A stretch of 64,000 bases of DNA from Basidiobolus meristosporus CBS 931.73 (taxonomy: Eukaryota; Fungi; Basidiobolomycota), in contig MCFE01000008.1 of NCBI GenBank assembly GCA_002104905.1, forward strand, positions 202,173 through 266,172. The letters run 5' to 3'. The translations under genes and the position numbers were made by a program. Each line of letters starts with the position of its first letter. The stretch's first letter is position 1. A model generated the notes under the pieces. That model had not been told where the DNA came from. It searched no databases and saw nothing but the letters and a program-made list of their open reading frames with translations. Positions 41,732 through 54,947 of the stretch are shown here, piece after piece.

Positions 41732-44700
41732 ATGAACGGAGCACCCAACATTGAAACCTTGGAAACGCTTTGCGAACAGTTCTACAATCCTCGGTCTAAC
41801 GAGGAGCGTAGTAATGCCGAGAAAATGCTGGCATACTATTTCCCCACTTTCTCGGAAACAACCAACGTTCCTGGTGCTGCCCATTCTTCGGCCACCCATG
41901 TCCAAAACCCCATTGAATGCGCCATGCAGTGCCACCTACTCCTTGAATCCTCCTCCTCCCCATACGCTCAAATGTTTGCCTCATACCGTCTCCGAACTCT
42001 TGTCACAGATCATTTTTCAATCTTCAACGACCAGCAAAAAATAGACGAGAGTAAGCGCATGGTCAACCAGCTATCGCCCACGTTACGGCTCATTGACTGA
42101 ATCTCTTCTTAAGGAAATTTCGTACTCAACTACCTGGGACAACACCCGGATCTTATGCCTTTTGTGGTGTCCTCGCTGGGACAACTATTTTCGGTTATCA
42201 CAAAACTCGGTTGGTTCGAATCTGAAGAATTCAAGAACCTCAACGAAGACATATCAAAGTTCCTTCAGGTTTCGTTGCATTCCCAGGTGATATGTGGGCC
42301 ATATCGGTGACTAATACTCCGCATGTATCTAGGCCAGTGCTCAACATAGAATTATTGGGCTACAGCTTTTAGGGCTATTAATTACCGAAATCAACCAATT
42401 GACGGCATCACGAAGTGTTGCGAAACACCGAAAAATCGGTTGGTGCTGTAGATAGAAACATCACAACATCCCAGGCTTACCGTCCCCTTTCTCTTTAGCT
42501 GTCAACTTTCGCGATGGCGAGTTGCTGAAGATCTTCCAAACGGCCTGTGGAATCCTCAGGGATTTATTACGAGACGAGACGCAATTCAACAAAGGTTAGC
42601 ATGCATTCGCACCCACCTTTTGCATCAGTATGCTTACATAATGTAGATACAAGCAGTCAGACAGGCAAGATGAAAGAGGCATGTCTAAACATCATCAAGA
42701 ACGCACTGGCATTCGACTTTATTGGAACCTGCCCAGATGAATCGTCTGACGATAGCGGCAGTATCCAGGTTGGTTGCACCATTATGCATACAAATCGTCC
42801 ATAGAGCAATCCACTAATGGGGCCTCTTAGATCCCGTCCACTTGGAGAAGTATGTTTGAAGATCCTACACTGGTGAAAACCCTCTTCGACTGCTACAAAT
42901 ATTTCCAGCCACCACACTCCAGCCTTGTCATGGAGATCTTGGTTCAAGTCGCATCGATTCGTCGCTCCTTATTTAACGAGGAGGAGCGAGCCAAGTTTGT
43001 TGTCTTACTGATGGATGGGATTCGTGACATCATCAACACATCACAAGGCATGGATGACCAAAGCAATTACCACGAATTCTGCCGCATGCTTGCCCGCTTT
43101 CGTTCCACCTACCATCTCAATGAGGTGAGCGAGGGCTATGACTATGCCAGCTGGATAGAGGCCGTTGCTGGGTTTACCGTTAAGGCTTTCCACTCGTGGC
43201 AGGTAAGTGGGCATCTGGCCTAAGATTCAATGTCTCATCTGACCGTGATTTCTCTAGTGGGCACCAAACAGCCTTCCGTATTTGCTTTCTTTCTGGTCCA
43301 AGATGGCTTCGTCCCTGAGCATTGTCAAGTCAAGCTTCCTGCCGAAATTGGAGGATACCACCGCACACGTACACAATGCTAATAGCAGTGCTTGAAGTCA
43401 AACTCAATACTTACCTTTGCGTCTCTCACAACAGTTAGCCGGAGAGTTTATCTCTTCGCGAATGGATTCCGTTGGCCCCATCATTGAATCGGATGGAATT
43501 ATTGATGGTAAGACCTTTCCTCTGACCTGCATCGAACGTAAACACTGACCTAGAGTTCTCGTATTGTAGATCCACTTGATAATGAGGAGATTCTAATCGA
43601 TAGTCTGGAGATGCTGACCAACGTAGCAAGATGCAAATACGAAAAGTCCTGTGAAGCGCTGATCCGGATCTTTGACTTCACAGCATCTTCGTACCAAGTA
43701 ATTCATAGTTCGTATGCTATGGCTTTGTTTGAATTCCAGACTCAAGGGTGTGTGGTTTAGGGGGCTATCCAAAGTGCTGGAAATGGCGTTTATGATGAGA
43801 ACTCTATCCTCGTGGCTGAATGTATGAATTGATGCATATTGATGTTTGATCATCAGCGCTAATTCAGCTTATTTTTCAGCCAAATTGGCCTGGCTCGTGT
43901 ATCTTATTGGTTCATTTATTGGCGGACGCACGGTAATCCTACCTTCTCAGCTTTCCTTGTCCGACCTTACCAACTCCCTACTCTAGGCCTATCAAAGCAC
44001 TGAAGAGCAAGATACGATCGATGGAAATTTGGCATCCAAGGTTCTTCAGCTGATGGAAATCAATCAAGTCTGGCTCAATCAGGTGAGAACCAGCTCAGCT
44101 CAGTTCAGCTCGCACTGATTCGTAAGGTTGCTAAATACCCTCCACAGAAAGGTGAAAGCGCCGGCAACGCCAAACTGGAGCTGGCCTATTTGCATTTCTT
44201 CTATCAATTTAGAAAGAGCTATATCGGGGAGCAATCATATCGTACCCCAAAGGTCAGTGTCGTAGATGCCATGAGTAGAAGCCCGCTTCCCACTTACATC
44301 TACGCTCTAGGTTTACGTCAAGTTGGCCGAAAACTTCGGTTTGAACGATCAGACCATGGTATGTCTAGATCCGCCTAGCCCTGCCAATCACGCGAACTAA
44401 CCGGATATTTGCTTAGGTTTTGGATGTCATTGTCAGGAAATTGTAGGAGCAACTCTAATGACTGGTAGCTACAAGAATGCTAACGTTTCGTGGTCGTTGT
44501 AGGGGAACCAATCTGAAGTATTGGGGAAACAACAGTCGTATCATTTCGAAAACCTTAAATTTGTTCAATGAGCTGGCCAGCGGGTATTTAGTTTGAGCTT
44601 GGCATTTCCCAGAAGAGTGGCCCCTTACACTAAACTTGACCCATCATAGCTATAGCAGCGTCAGATTGCTTCAGAACCTCGACACCGCCAAGTTCATTTT

Positions 44701-46186
44701 AAGAAATCATACCTCCGAGCATTTCCCCTTCCTTCTTGTGCCGGAGAACTTCAGTTTGCGTTTGATCTATTACATGGCACTCTCGAAACTCTTCTTCTCC
44801 GATGATGTCAGTGAAGAAGAATTCATGGAATTCATCAAACCATTTGAGAACATTCTTGAGGAATTGAAAACCGTGGTGAACATCGGGGCCTACAAACAGG
44901 ACCATGTCAAGGCCGCACTAAACGGACTTTTGCGCGATCTACGTGGATTCATCACCCCAATCCAAAGCCGTCGGAATTATTTACTTTTCTTCGATTGGTT
45001 TTTCCCCAACTACATGCCAGTCCTGCTTCAGGCGTTGGAGGCTTGGAAGGAGGACCGCCTCGCCATTACAATCTTGAAGTTCATGGCTGAATTGGGCCAC
45101 AACAAATCCCAACGACTGAACTTCGATATTTCCTCGGCCAACGGGATCTTGCTCTTCCGGGAAACCAGGTAGGAGCTCCACGACGCCTATATGCTGCTGA
45201 CAAAGTCTGACCATTTTTCTTTCAACACTCAGCAAAATGCTTTGCACTTTCGGTGCTGGGGTAATCAATCGCAACCCATCGGAGTCAAACAAGTACACCG
45301 AAAAGTAAGTACCTATTACGACATTTCCCGTACCATCCGACTTCTTCTCACCCCAGCTGCTTCAAGATATAAGGGTATCTCCGTATGTTTCGATATGCTT
45401 AGTCGCTCCCTGACTGGCAGATATGTCAGCTTTGGAGTGTTTGCTCTCTATGGGGACAAGGCTCTTGAGCTAGCATTGAATACAGTCTTTGAGATGATGT
45501 TGAGCATACCCGTCGAGGACTTGATGGTATGTAATTCCACCAGTAGCGCAATAACCTCGTGCTCACCTTCACTGTAATACTAGGTTTATCCTAAGCTATG
45601 CAAGGCTTACTTCACGATGATAGACGTCTTCTCCAATGAACATATGACAGCCTTACCCGACATGGACTCCAGGGTGTTCTGGTACATCATCCGCTCGCTT
45701 GGGGAGGGTTTGAAATCGAGCGAATCCTCAATTTCATCGTTCGCTTGCTCTGCGGTGGATCACCTGTGCACGTTTGTGATCAAGCTCTCAAACAAGAAAA
45801 ACCAGTCACACTGGCTGTTGCAGTATTTCAATCAATTCTCCGACATATTGCCGTTCCTGTTCACCACCGTATTCAACTTGGTGCTCTTCGACGAGAAGCC
45901 CAACCAATGGTCCCTATCCAGACCATTGTTGGGCTTGATTCTTCTCAATCGGGAATATATGATGGAGTACACTGGCAACTTGGTTCATTGTCAGCTAGTG
46001 GAACGAAGGGAACTGCTGGCGAAAGCATTGCAGTCCTTAATGGAGGAAGTGGACAATACCTTGTCATCCAAAAACCGAGACAGGTTCACTCAGAATTTAG
46101 GAACATTTAGACGGGAAATTACTGCTGCCAATCTCATACTGGTATCCCCCAGTGAGCAAGGGTTCTCTGCCCCAATGTTGGAATAA
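41732..46186 (+). CDS. XPO7: Exportin-7/RanBP17-like karyopherin, many exons
   Basis: NYHEFCRMLARFRSTY; YKGISVCFDMLSRSLTGRYVSFGVFALYGDKAL; NQWSLSRPLLGLILLN; KNRDRFTQNL. Confidence 0.9.
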
Positions 46187-49018
46187 GGGCGTTTCTCCGA
46201 CTCCACCCTCATTCCCTCTCTCAGTTTAGCAAAAATCACACATAGTGTTGGCTGAACTTGATCCACAGCCGCATGTGACAAGTACTTTACCATGTTCTGA
46301 GGAACATTTTGAAAGTGTTCCGTGTTATTTTTACCTGACCCTCACTATTGACGAACCTTTAACTTATCCCATCCCTCCCCAGCCTCGCTTTCAATGAATG
46401 CTCCAATACAATGCTAAACATCCTATTTAAGCAACTTCTCCAATCATATGCCATATCCTATTAATATATTCATGATACAGGCTGGCCTGGGCATTGGATG
46501 AACAATCAACAAAATGTACAATTTAAGAAAGTTCTGTTTATCCATCGGCTCTAGATGCTCAAAGTATGGTATCGTTGTTGTTGGTGTTGGTGTTGTTTAC
46601 ATAGACAAGCAGATATGCATCACTTTCCGGAATGCAGATAATCGGCAACCCCAGGTGAAACTCACTCCACTTCCCTTGCCGACGATGACTCTTTATGTGT
46701 GCTTCGTCAAATCAGTGCTATTTATCGACCCAGATATAGGGTTGTTAGGTTACACCTACAACCAACCCACAAAAATGGCCGAGGTTGAGACCATTGGCTC
46801 CATCTAGCCAATGTTGTAAAACTATGTTTCATTCTTCAAACACCCTTAAGCTTGTACCTATCCAATTACCGGCATCATTGAAAATCCCCCTTACAAATAC
46901 GTAGATCGTGTCACCTACCAATTCTGAGATCTCCTTGGGTGAGTTGCGCGAGCCATGTTGCGAAACATGGTTTAGGCACTGAAAACCCCCTCACCAATTG
47001 GATCGACATATCAGGATCCCCTACGGTGCTACCACGTCCCACTCTTGAATTTTTGCTCTACTCTGTCACAAGCTTGTCGGATATGGGGCCTGATTGGGAG
47101 GTTGCACAAACAAGAACCTCCACTGTATGGCAAGCCGGCTTCCCTTCCAATCCATAAAAACCCCCCGCGAAAAGTAGTAAACGGGATGCCCAAGTACTGT
47201 AAAGCAACCTGGCGAGGCCTAGCTCTTGCTTCTACTCTGGCTTGACTTGCAACAACCTTCCGTTTCGCCATTTTTTTGTGACTAGCCATATTTAGACTTA
47301 TCGGAACAAAGCATTTTACAATACTCTGCTTATTCATATGTTAGTGTGATCGAGTGACATCATTTACCCAATCCGAATCTCTTTTCGGGATCAAATGTTT
47401 CCGATTTGGATAAAGGATCGGACACAACATCGGCTTCTATCCTTCAGTGGTTAATCATAAAGCCCATTCATTCAAGTTTAAGCGGCATCAAAGGTGTTTA
47501 TTCCATAGATGGTCTCACATCTATCGTCCATCCCGATAATTTAGCGAAACCTCATTTGTCGGAGCTTAATTATTATGGAAACCGATCAACAGTCCATGGA
47601 CCCACTATGGACTGGCAGTCTCCTCGGTAAATAAGAATGACGAACCACCAAATCCAATCCACACCAGAGGTGTAAAAATTTTCAATCATGGCGCGAATGC
47701 CATTCCATCCATAATCATCATGATTCCCTCAGCGACGTGACCATCAAAGAGTTTTCACGGAGATTCGTGATTAATATCAAGAGATATATCCGAATTTAGC
47801 TAATGTACAGGGTGTACATGTATTATCGTCACCTGTGGACATTTCGCACCTCGGGATGAATGCCTGTTGACGAATATCATTGAATATCCCTTGATCGAGG
47901 CTGATCTCAATTGGTATGAACATACTGCTCTACGTATGCGATATGCTCGACAGTATGGCAGTGCAGAAAATGGTTGAACGAGGTTGCATTCATTGTATAG
48001 GTGAGGAGACTCTGACCACATTGTGGTGAGTATTTCTTAGACATGATGTACCCCGCCCATATTGTGCCTTCTCATGACTAACACAGAAGGTTTACTCGGT
48101 TCCAAGATTTTCATATAGGTGTGTGTGCAAAGATTCGGAGTAGACCTCATCAGGACTCAAAGTTATACCACAACAAAGCATGTGGTCCAGATTTTAGCGA
48201 GGCCATTTGTAAGCGCTTAGCATACTTACTTGAGGACCGCTTGCCCTTGTTATGAAATATGAATTAAGCAACTTGCTTGTCAATGGAAGAAGAGTTCCTC
48301 GTCATGGGCTGATGCTTCCAACTAACACTCAACGAAAACCTTGAAGAAGGTAATTCGTAAGATGAGGACTAGCTGCGGGGCTTTCTATGAACACATTCGG
48401 TACTACAGAATGACTCTTGAGAGAAGATTCTCCACAGAATGGTGTTTGGCACTCATTTATTTTATTTAGTATTGTTTGGTTAATGATGCTAGCGCATATC
48501 TCAGCATTACTGGCGTGTTTGTCGTAGTGTTGATAGATGATGTTTCATTTGTATAAGCTACCCTACTATTAGAGGCAAACTAGCCTTTAGAATCTGAGGC
48601 CCACATGAAATGAGAACATTGGTTGGTTAAATATCATTGAAGGAGAATAGAAAAATCTTATTCGACGAGAAATCCGCTTTCCGTTAGAGAACTGCCTCAA
48701 GGAATGTCAAGTGCTGTGATTTAAGCGGCTTATATCACCAATCATGTGGCTCCTCCAAATCGATCATCTGTAGGTGTATATATTGAGGCTCATTCCACTT
48801 GAGTACCGAATTGAATCAAGTTTATTCTTTTCGTTGCCCCAGTACAGCTTCTTGTATAGTGCTCGATACTTCCCTTCGACATTGTCCAAGCTTCCCGTTT
48901 CATGTACAAACCTCTAAGAAGAACTTCCCCGTGAACACCACCACTACTCTGCCGTTTATTCAATACTTCCTTTGCCCCTTTATACACCTAATATATCATA
49001 TTGTAACGCCTACTCATA

Positions 49019-49486
49019 ATGGGAAATAACACTAGCTCAGAGAAAGGAGCCAATACGTATGCTGCCGGTATAGCCCTGAGAAATGCATCCACCCTAAAGA
49101 GAAGTTCCAGCTCTAGCAGCAGCAATCACTCCAGAAAGCTAGCCGCCAGAGCTGTCCAAGCACAATCTCTCCCACCAGCTGGTAAGCTCTTGTACGACAG
49201 GAAGTACAAAAACAAAAAGAGAAGGAAGAGGTCGCCTCGCCTTAGAGCCGTTGAGCAAGACAGAGCCAACAGAAAACGAAAGGTTATTGAGCTCGAGGTC
49301 ACCGTCTCTGGACAACCCTCCAGAAGGCGAAGATTCTCAGTGTCTTATGGACTGGACAAGATTCACGAGCTCAAGAACCCACCCAGAATTCCTTCCAAGC
49401 TCAGAAGTTCCACCACAAGCACTGACCTGGTGTCACCACTAGATACTGAAGCGGCCATGATGCTTCTTGCGTTGAGCTCTTCTTGA
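49019..49486 (+). CDS. Hypothetical basic protein, 155 aa, single exon
   Basis: ATG-initiated ORF with MGNNTS start, NLS-like KKRRKR and C-terminal EAAMMLLALS motif; no family recognised. Confidence 0.5.
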   Translation: MGNNTSSEKGANTYAAGIALRNASTLKRSSSSSSSNHSRKLAARAVQAQSLPPAGKLLYDRKYKNKKRRKRSPRLRAVEQDRANRKRKVIELEVTVSGQPSRRRRFSVSYGLDKIHELKNPPRIPSKLRSSTTSTDLVSPLDTEAAMMLLALSSS

Positions 49487-50914
49487 ACAAACGTAGTATC
49501 CTTTCCTCCAAGAAACCATTACAATAATTGTACATAATAGCCTAGACGGTCGTAGCACTCTTTTTTCCAACATTATGCTTCTCTTCTCCAGGATATCTCA
49601 ATCAACGGGAGTCCACCACTTTGTATAGTTTGAACGACCCCAAGATACCGCCAAGCGACAGTTCTAGATTGGTCAATTTTTACAAACCCTTTTTTTCGTG
49701 AAGGCATCCCTTTGTATGGGTCGGTTGTTTCCCATCCTTCCCCGTCCTTCTTTACTGGAGCCCATTTAATATCCTTGAAATACGAATAAAAACCCACAAA
49801 CATGCAAATATTCCTACTCCAGCAAGCACATTCACCCACGCATCCTCGGCCATGATTAGACCAACCGCATGCCCAGTGACTACGTATTGTAAGAGTAGCG
49901 AAACGAAGGTGTTTTCAAGGCATTTTTTTCACCCTCAAACGATGGTTTAAAGTTAGAACCATAGTATGGGCTCATATTTGGACGATGTTGATACGAATTA
50001 CCAAATCTGGAGCAACCGTGAAAAGGACCTCTTTTCTGGAATCCGATAAACACCCCATAAAAAAGCTGGACGGCGAAAAAGAAGTCAACAGCAAGCGAAG
50101 AAACCCTTGGAAGCTATGGTCACTGAGATATCCTGTGACGGGTGTGTTCTAGTTACCCAGTTACACCACCATAGTTGGCCATCTTGATGAAAAATCCTTA
50201 GATGGTTCATTATAATGTAATATCCCACTCATAGTAGTTCAACTCTCATCTAGCGAATACTGGTGGAAGCGGATGGGGGTGAAGATGGGCCAGGTTTGGG
50301 TTAGGGTTGAATGAACCAAATCGGTAGAAGCGGCGAAAAAGAGTACCTGTGTGAGTGTAGATGCCTAATAAGTCAATGATATCTTATTCCAAAGTAAAAA
50401 AGGAAAACCGCATTTTCGGAATTCGCTTTTGGGAATCTAGGCTATAGGTGGATGTAATTATGTGGGATATGTGGGATATGTGCGTAATCAATATTCGACT
50501 ATACACTTGCTTATTCTGGTGTCGATGAGCATGATTGGTTTTAGGGTTAGGGATGCTGTATAAGAAGCTGTATAGAAAGTTCCGAGCCGTCTATGTTCTT
50601 ATCACATACTGACTAATTTTTGCTCTGATCCCCATTCATGTTTCAATGCGCATTTATGCCAATCGGTACTCTCTTGGGTGTTTATTTAGAGCCCAAGTCA
50701 TCGTACAACCTCACGTTTCAATTTGAAAGCCAATTATGGTCCATCAAGTGGGATCTTGACTCAGCAACTGTTGAAAATGATGATGAAGCCGGTTGGAAAG
50801 CCCTGGTGGTCTATGGAATGATGCCAAGTGTTCACCCCGCTGTTAACGTAATGCCATGATGCCTCAAAAGGATATAAATACAAGCCCAATGTTAGTGTTG
50901 GTCATTGAATCCGA

Positions 50915-52537
50915 ATGATCCACTTGTCAACGCTGCCAGCTGTAGAGATTCCAGCTGTAGACATATTCACTTACATATTCGAGCTCGACCCGGATCCCTC
51001 TTCTGATGCTACGGTGATTGTATATGGGCCTACTGGAAAGGCGTACACTCTTAAGGAGATCAAGTCCAATTCTTTGGCTTTCGCCAGTGGGATCGCAAAA
51101 AATTATAACTTTCAACGTGGTGATGTCCTTTGCATCTTTGCTCCAAATGCCGCTGAATATTCTACTATTTGTTTTGGGACACTTGCTGCAGGCGGCGCAG
51201 TAACAACTGCTAATCCTTCGTACACACCTGATGAATTTGCCTATCAGCTGGAGCAAACAAGTCCGAAAATCATCGTCTCGCATTCTACACTCGTCCCAAT
51301 CGTGGAAAAAGCTATGAAACTGTCAAAGTCCGAGAGTCACATAGTTACACTTGATTCCAAGACGGACAGGGCTATCCCTTCCATCTTTGATTTGATGATT
51401 GACCACGCAGGATTTGAGAGAGTCGTGGTTGAGCCCAGCAAGTTGAATACTACCGTTGCTTATATATGCTACTCTTCAGGCACCTCTGGAAACCCTAAAG
51501 GAGTGCTGCTCTCTCATAGCAATATTGTATCCAACATACAACAGCACAGGGACATCGCATTCGGGAAGGAAAAGGAAATCATCATCGGTGCATTGCCATT
51601 CTATCACCTTTATGGGCTCATCTGCATCTTGCACACCCCATTAAAGCGACGGGATGAAGTGATTGTAATGGCAAAGTTTGACTTCATTGAGTTTCTCGCA
51701 CTGGTTCAACATCACAAAATCACCACCGGAATCATTGTGCCCCCGATTGCATTGGAATTGGTGAAGAATCCTCGAGTAAAAGAGTTTGATGTGTCATCTC
51801 TGCGGCGGTTCATTTCTGGTGCTGCTCCATTAGATGTCAAACTTAGCAAAGCCTTATCAGCCGCCATGAACAATGCAACAATAAAGCAAGGATATGGAAT
51901 GACTGAAACTTCGCCCGTAAGTGTTATGAGTCCCAATCATAACCACGTGCACGGGTCAGCAGGGATGCTTGTTCCTAATCAAGAAGCAAAAATCGTTAGT
52001 CCGGATGGCAAGGAGCTCGGGCCCAACGAAGAAGGAGAACTGTGGATTCGTGGTCCTAATGTTATGCTTGGTTATCTTGGAAATCCCAAGGCCACCAGGG
52101 AAATCATCGACAATGAGGGATTCATTCATACTGGCGATGTTGGTAAAGTTGACGAGTATGGGAATTTCTATATAACCGACAGAATTAAAGAGTTGATCAA
52201 GTACAAGGGCTTTCAAGTAGCACCAGCCGAATTGGAAGCCATTCTAATTACACACCATCTAGTCCTCGATGCTGGTGTTATCCCAAGATTAGATGCTGAC
52301 CATGCTACCGAAGTTCCCAAAGCATTTGTAGTTTTGGTCCCTGGAGTTGAAGCAACCGATTCATTGAAGAACGAACTGATTACATATGTAAACTCTAGGG
52401 TTTCCAATCATAAAAAGCTACGTGGTGGTATTGACTTTCTGCGGGAAATCCCTAAAAGTGCTGCTGGGAAAATTCAGCGCAGAATCATGAGAGAGTGGCA
52501 ACGTTCTAATGATGCCAAGCGTAAAGCGAAATTATAA
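50915..52537 (+). CDS. 4-coumarate-CoA ligase-like acyl-CoA synthetase with PTS1, intronless, 540 aa
   Basis: YSSGTSGNPKGV; QGYGMTET; HTGD; DRIKELIKYKGFQVAPAELE; PKSAAGKI; C-terminal AKL. Confidence 0.93.
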   Translation: MIHLSTLPAVEIPAVDIFTYIFELDPDPSSDATVIVYGPTGKAYTLKEIKSNSLAFASGIAKNYNFQRGDVLCIFAPNAAEYSTICFGTLAAGGAVTTANPSYTPDEFAYQLEQTSPKIIVSHSTLVPIVEKAMKLSKSESHIVTLDSKTDRAIPSIFDLMIDHAGFERVVVEPSKLNTTVAYICYSSGTSGNPKGVLLSHSNIVSNIQQHRDIAFGKEKEIIIGALPFYHLYGLICILHTPLKRRDEVIVMAKFDFIEFLALVQHHKITTGIIVPPIALELVKNPRVKEFDVSSLRRFISGAAPLDVKLSKALSAAMNNATIKQGYGMTETSPVSVMSPNHNHVHGSAGMLVPNQEAKIVSPDGKELGPNEEGELWIRGPNVMLGYLGNPKATREIIDNEGFIHTGDVGKVDEYGNFYITDRIKELIKYKGFQVAPAELEAILITHHLVLDAGVIPRLDADHATEVPKAFVVLVPGVEATDSLKNELITYVNSRVSNHKKLRGGIDFLREIPKSAAGKIQRRIMREWQRSNDAKRKAKL

Positions 52538-53519
52538 AAATCACTTCAACGTTGGAACACTATCCTATATTGTGAAACGGCAAGATGATACTTGAAGTTG
52601 CTGAATAAGAAACAAGTCTACATCATGATACTAGTCCAAGTATGATAGGAGTGGAGTAACGGATAGGAGTGGGAAGGTAAACGGAATCCTAGGAGTGGTC
52701 TTATAAGACTCTGGAAGTGCCGAAAACTGAAGTGTTGCTAAGTAGCATTGTACATGTAAAGTGGAACGTTCATACTTTTGAACAAGCCCTGGTACATCAT
52801 GCCTGTGATGGAGTACTAAGAAATTCCGTGTGGCGCAGACTTCGAAATATCGAGCATTTTACTACTAATAGTAGAGTTGGTGAATTTTGTGATCATCAGA
52901 AAAAAGTGGATTTTAATTTGTTGAGTAATATTGAAATGTGAAATGATACAATTCTAAAGCAAGTCCACATTAGTCGCTAACAACCCTATCATGATACAAA
53001 GTAATTATGAAGAATACTAGATACTTTAGACCTGATATATCACATATATAACCAGATTAAAGCAGTATTCTCTAATTACTACATTTCTCGGCACCTGTCT
53101 CACCTTACTACCAAACCATCAGCCCAAAAGATCTCAAACATAGGATTTTTGTGCAAAGAAGCTACAAATGAAAGGTACACTTTCTCTGAATGTTCCAAAT
53201 CACTTCCATGCTCCCTCTTCTGCGTACTTGGCTATTTTTGACCAGCTCATAGCATACGGCTAGTTTCACCCTCTTGCTGTTACAAAAGACAAACCAATCT
53301 CATTGATATTCAGTGTATGATGCTTTAATGCTGTGGATCATTCGTGAGTGGAACAGGAAGGGTGGATTGAGGCGATTGATGTGATGCGTGCTACGGTGAA
53401 AATAAAAGCGAATGCGGGTTTAGATCGGATCCCCTACCTGCAGGGGATTTACCAGCTGTCAATTCCCCTTACTTGGTAATGGCCGTTAGCCAGTTAAGGG
53501 ACAACTTGCGGTTTGAAGA

Positions 53520-53912
53520 TCATGCCTTCGCTGGTAGTCTGGAAGAAAATTCGATCCAACTTCCAGGGTAGTTGAGAACCGACACAAACCCTGCCTCCAG
53601 CAACTTCTGGTGGGCCAGGGCACTTCGACGCCCCGAACGACACGTGAGGACAATCTTGGAGTGGGGCTTCGGTTGTTCGAACTGGTAGGTTTGGAAGAAA
53701 TCCTCAGCAGGTAGGTGGACGGTATTCTCTAGCTCATCCAAGGGTAGATTCACAGAGGTTGGGATACTCCCTTGCAGGAATTCCTCTTTCCCCCGAACAT
53801 CGATCAGGGTGACGTCTCGTGCTTCTGGGGGGTAGGCGATGAGTCTTTGAACCTCGTCGTAGGATACTTCATTGCCCTCTGCGGGCCAGAGGAATTTTGG
53901 AGGGGCGGTCAT
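53520..53912 (-). CDS. Single-domain rhodanese (Rdl1-like sulfurtransferase)
   Basis: LIDVR..F..GSIPTSVNLP; active-site loop CRSGRRS; NYPGSWIEF. An upstream exon is possible because TAG precedes the ATG. Confidence 0.9.
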   Translation of the reverse strand: MTAPPKFLWPAEGNEVSYDEVQRLIAYPPEARDVTLIDVRGKEEFLQGSIPTSVNLPLDELENTVHLPAEDFFQTYQFEQPKPHSKIVLTCRSGRRSALAHQKLLEAGFVSVLNYPGSWIEFSSRLPAKA

Positions 53913-54584
53913 CTAATGATATTGAGTGAAAGGCGAGGGAATGTTATTGAAATTTATAGAAGCAATGGTCTATACATCTCCCTAATCACGCAATTTCTTT
54001 CTCAAATTACTGAATCTCAGCCTTGAATAGGGCTGCTATGTGCCAATCTATATACCAATCTACTTAGCTCTTCCCCAGGTGAGGTGAATTCGTCCCTCTG
54101 TTAATCTAGATACTGATCTGGGTTGATCAACTTGAACTAGTTGTACCAATCTTGATTAACATGGTGCTGTAGTTGAACAACGAGTTGGATCAAGATAAAG
54201 TGTACTCTAATTCACGTTGCTGGTACTAGGTTGTGGTTTCCTTTCCCTAGAGGTTTATGAATCCCGCATAGGTCCACAGTTGTAAAGAGAGTTGCCAATT
54301 CTAGATTGTGATCATTCAGCTGTTATGTAGTGGCGAACGATCAATATTTGTCTTCTGCCATGTTTATGTACCTGGACTTCCCAAAGCATTATGCGATTCC
54401 CTGGAGATGATCAGATTTGCACTAAAGATGAATCGAAATATCCCATTATGTCCATGCATCATATCTTTACTCTGATAGTTGGATTATTTGGTAGATATGG
54501 TTAAATTGAATAGTAGATGAGGGCATAGATTGTGTGATTGGTGCAACAGGATGACGCAATAAATCTACGATCGACCATTCATCT

Positions 54585-54591
54585 TATAAAA
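54585..54591 (+). promoter_or_regulatory. TATA box of the metallothionein gene
   Basis: TATAAAA 60 bp upstream of the ATG at 54645. Confidence 0.5.
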
Positions 54592-54644
54592 GTAATGTCT
54601 GCTGGAGATGAAGGTACATACACACATTATACATCGCGTTTAAC

Positions 54645-54947
54645 ATGGCATCCCAACAAACCGTCAAGATCTGCTGCTGTGGCGAGAACTGCCAATGCGA
54701 ACAATGCCAATGCCGGAAGGTTGAGGTGAAGGCCACCTGCGCTTGCAAAGACAACTGTACCTGTGAGAAATGCGAGTGCGCCAAGACCGTAGAGGTACCA
54801 AGTTGCGAGTGCAAGGGTGGCTGCAAGTGCGTCAAATGCCAAGGAAAGGAGCAAGCTGGATGTAACTGTGGCGAAAATGCAAATGTGACACAGTGTGCAA
54901 GTGCTGTTGCGGTGACAATTGCCAGTGCACCAAATGTCAACCATTAA
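54645..54947 (+). CDS. Long modular metallothionein-like protein, 100 aa, 21 Cys
   Basis: Repeated CxC-x3-CxC-x2-CxC blocks; no aromatic residues; TATA upstream. Confidence 0.8.
   Translation: MASQQTVKICCCGENCQCEQCQCRKVEVKATCACKDNCTCEKCECAKTVEVPSCECKGGCKCVKCQGKEQAGCNCGENANVTQCASAVAVTIASAPNVNH

Noticed and set aside
46500-48500. Possible degenerate gene or TE (HPVYYFSR on the minus strand; ORFs 47029-47337 and 47800-48021)
   Set aside because: Only one short RNase-H-like word and no continuing homology in any frame.
50915-52537. Horizontal transfer or luciferase function for the intronless 4CL-like gene
   Set aside because: STT3 here is also intronless; PTS1-bearing 4CL-like enzymes are common in fungi; no phylogeny is available.
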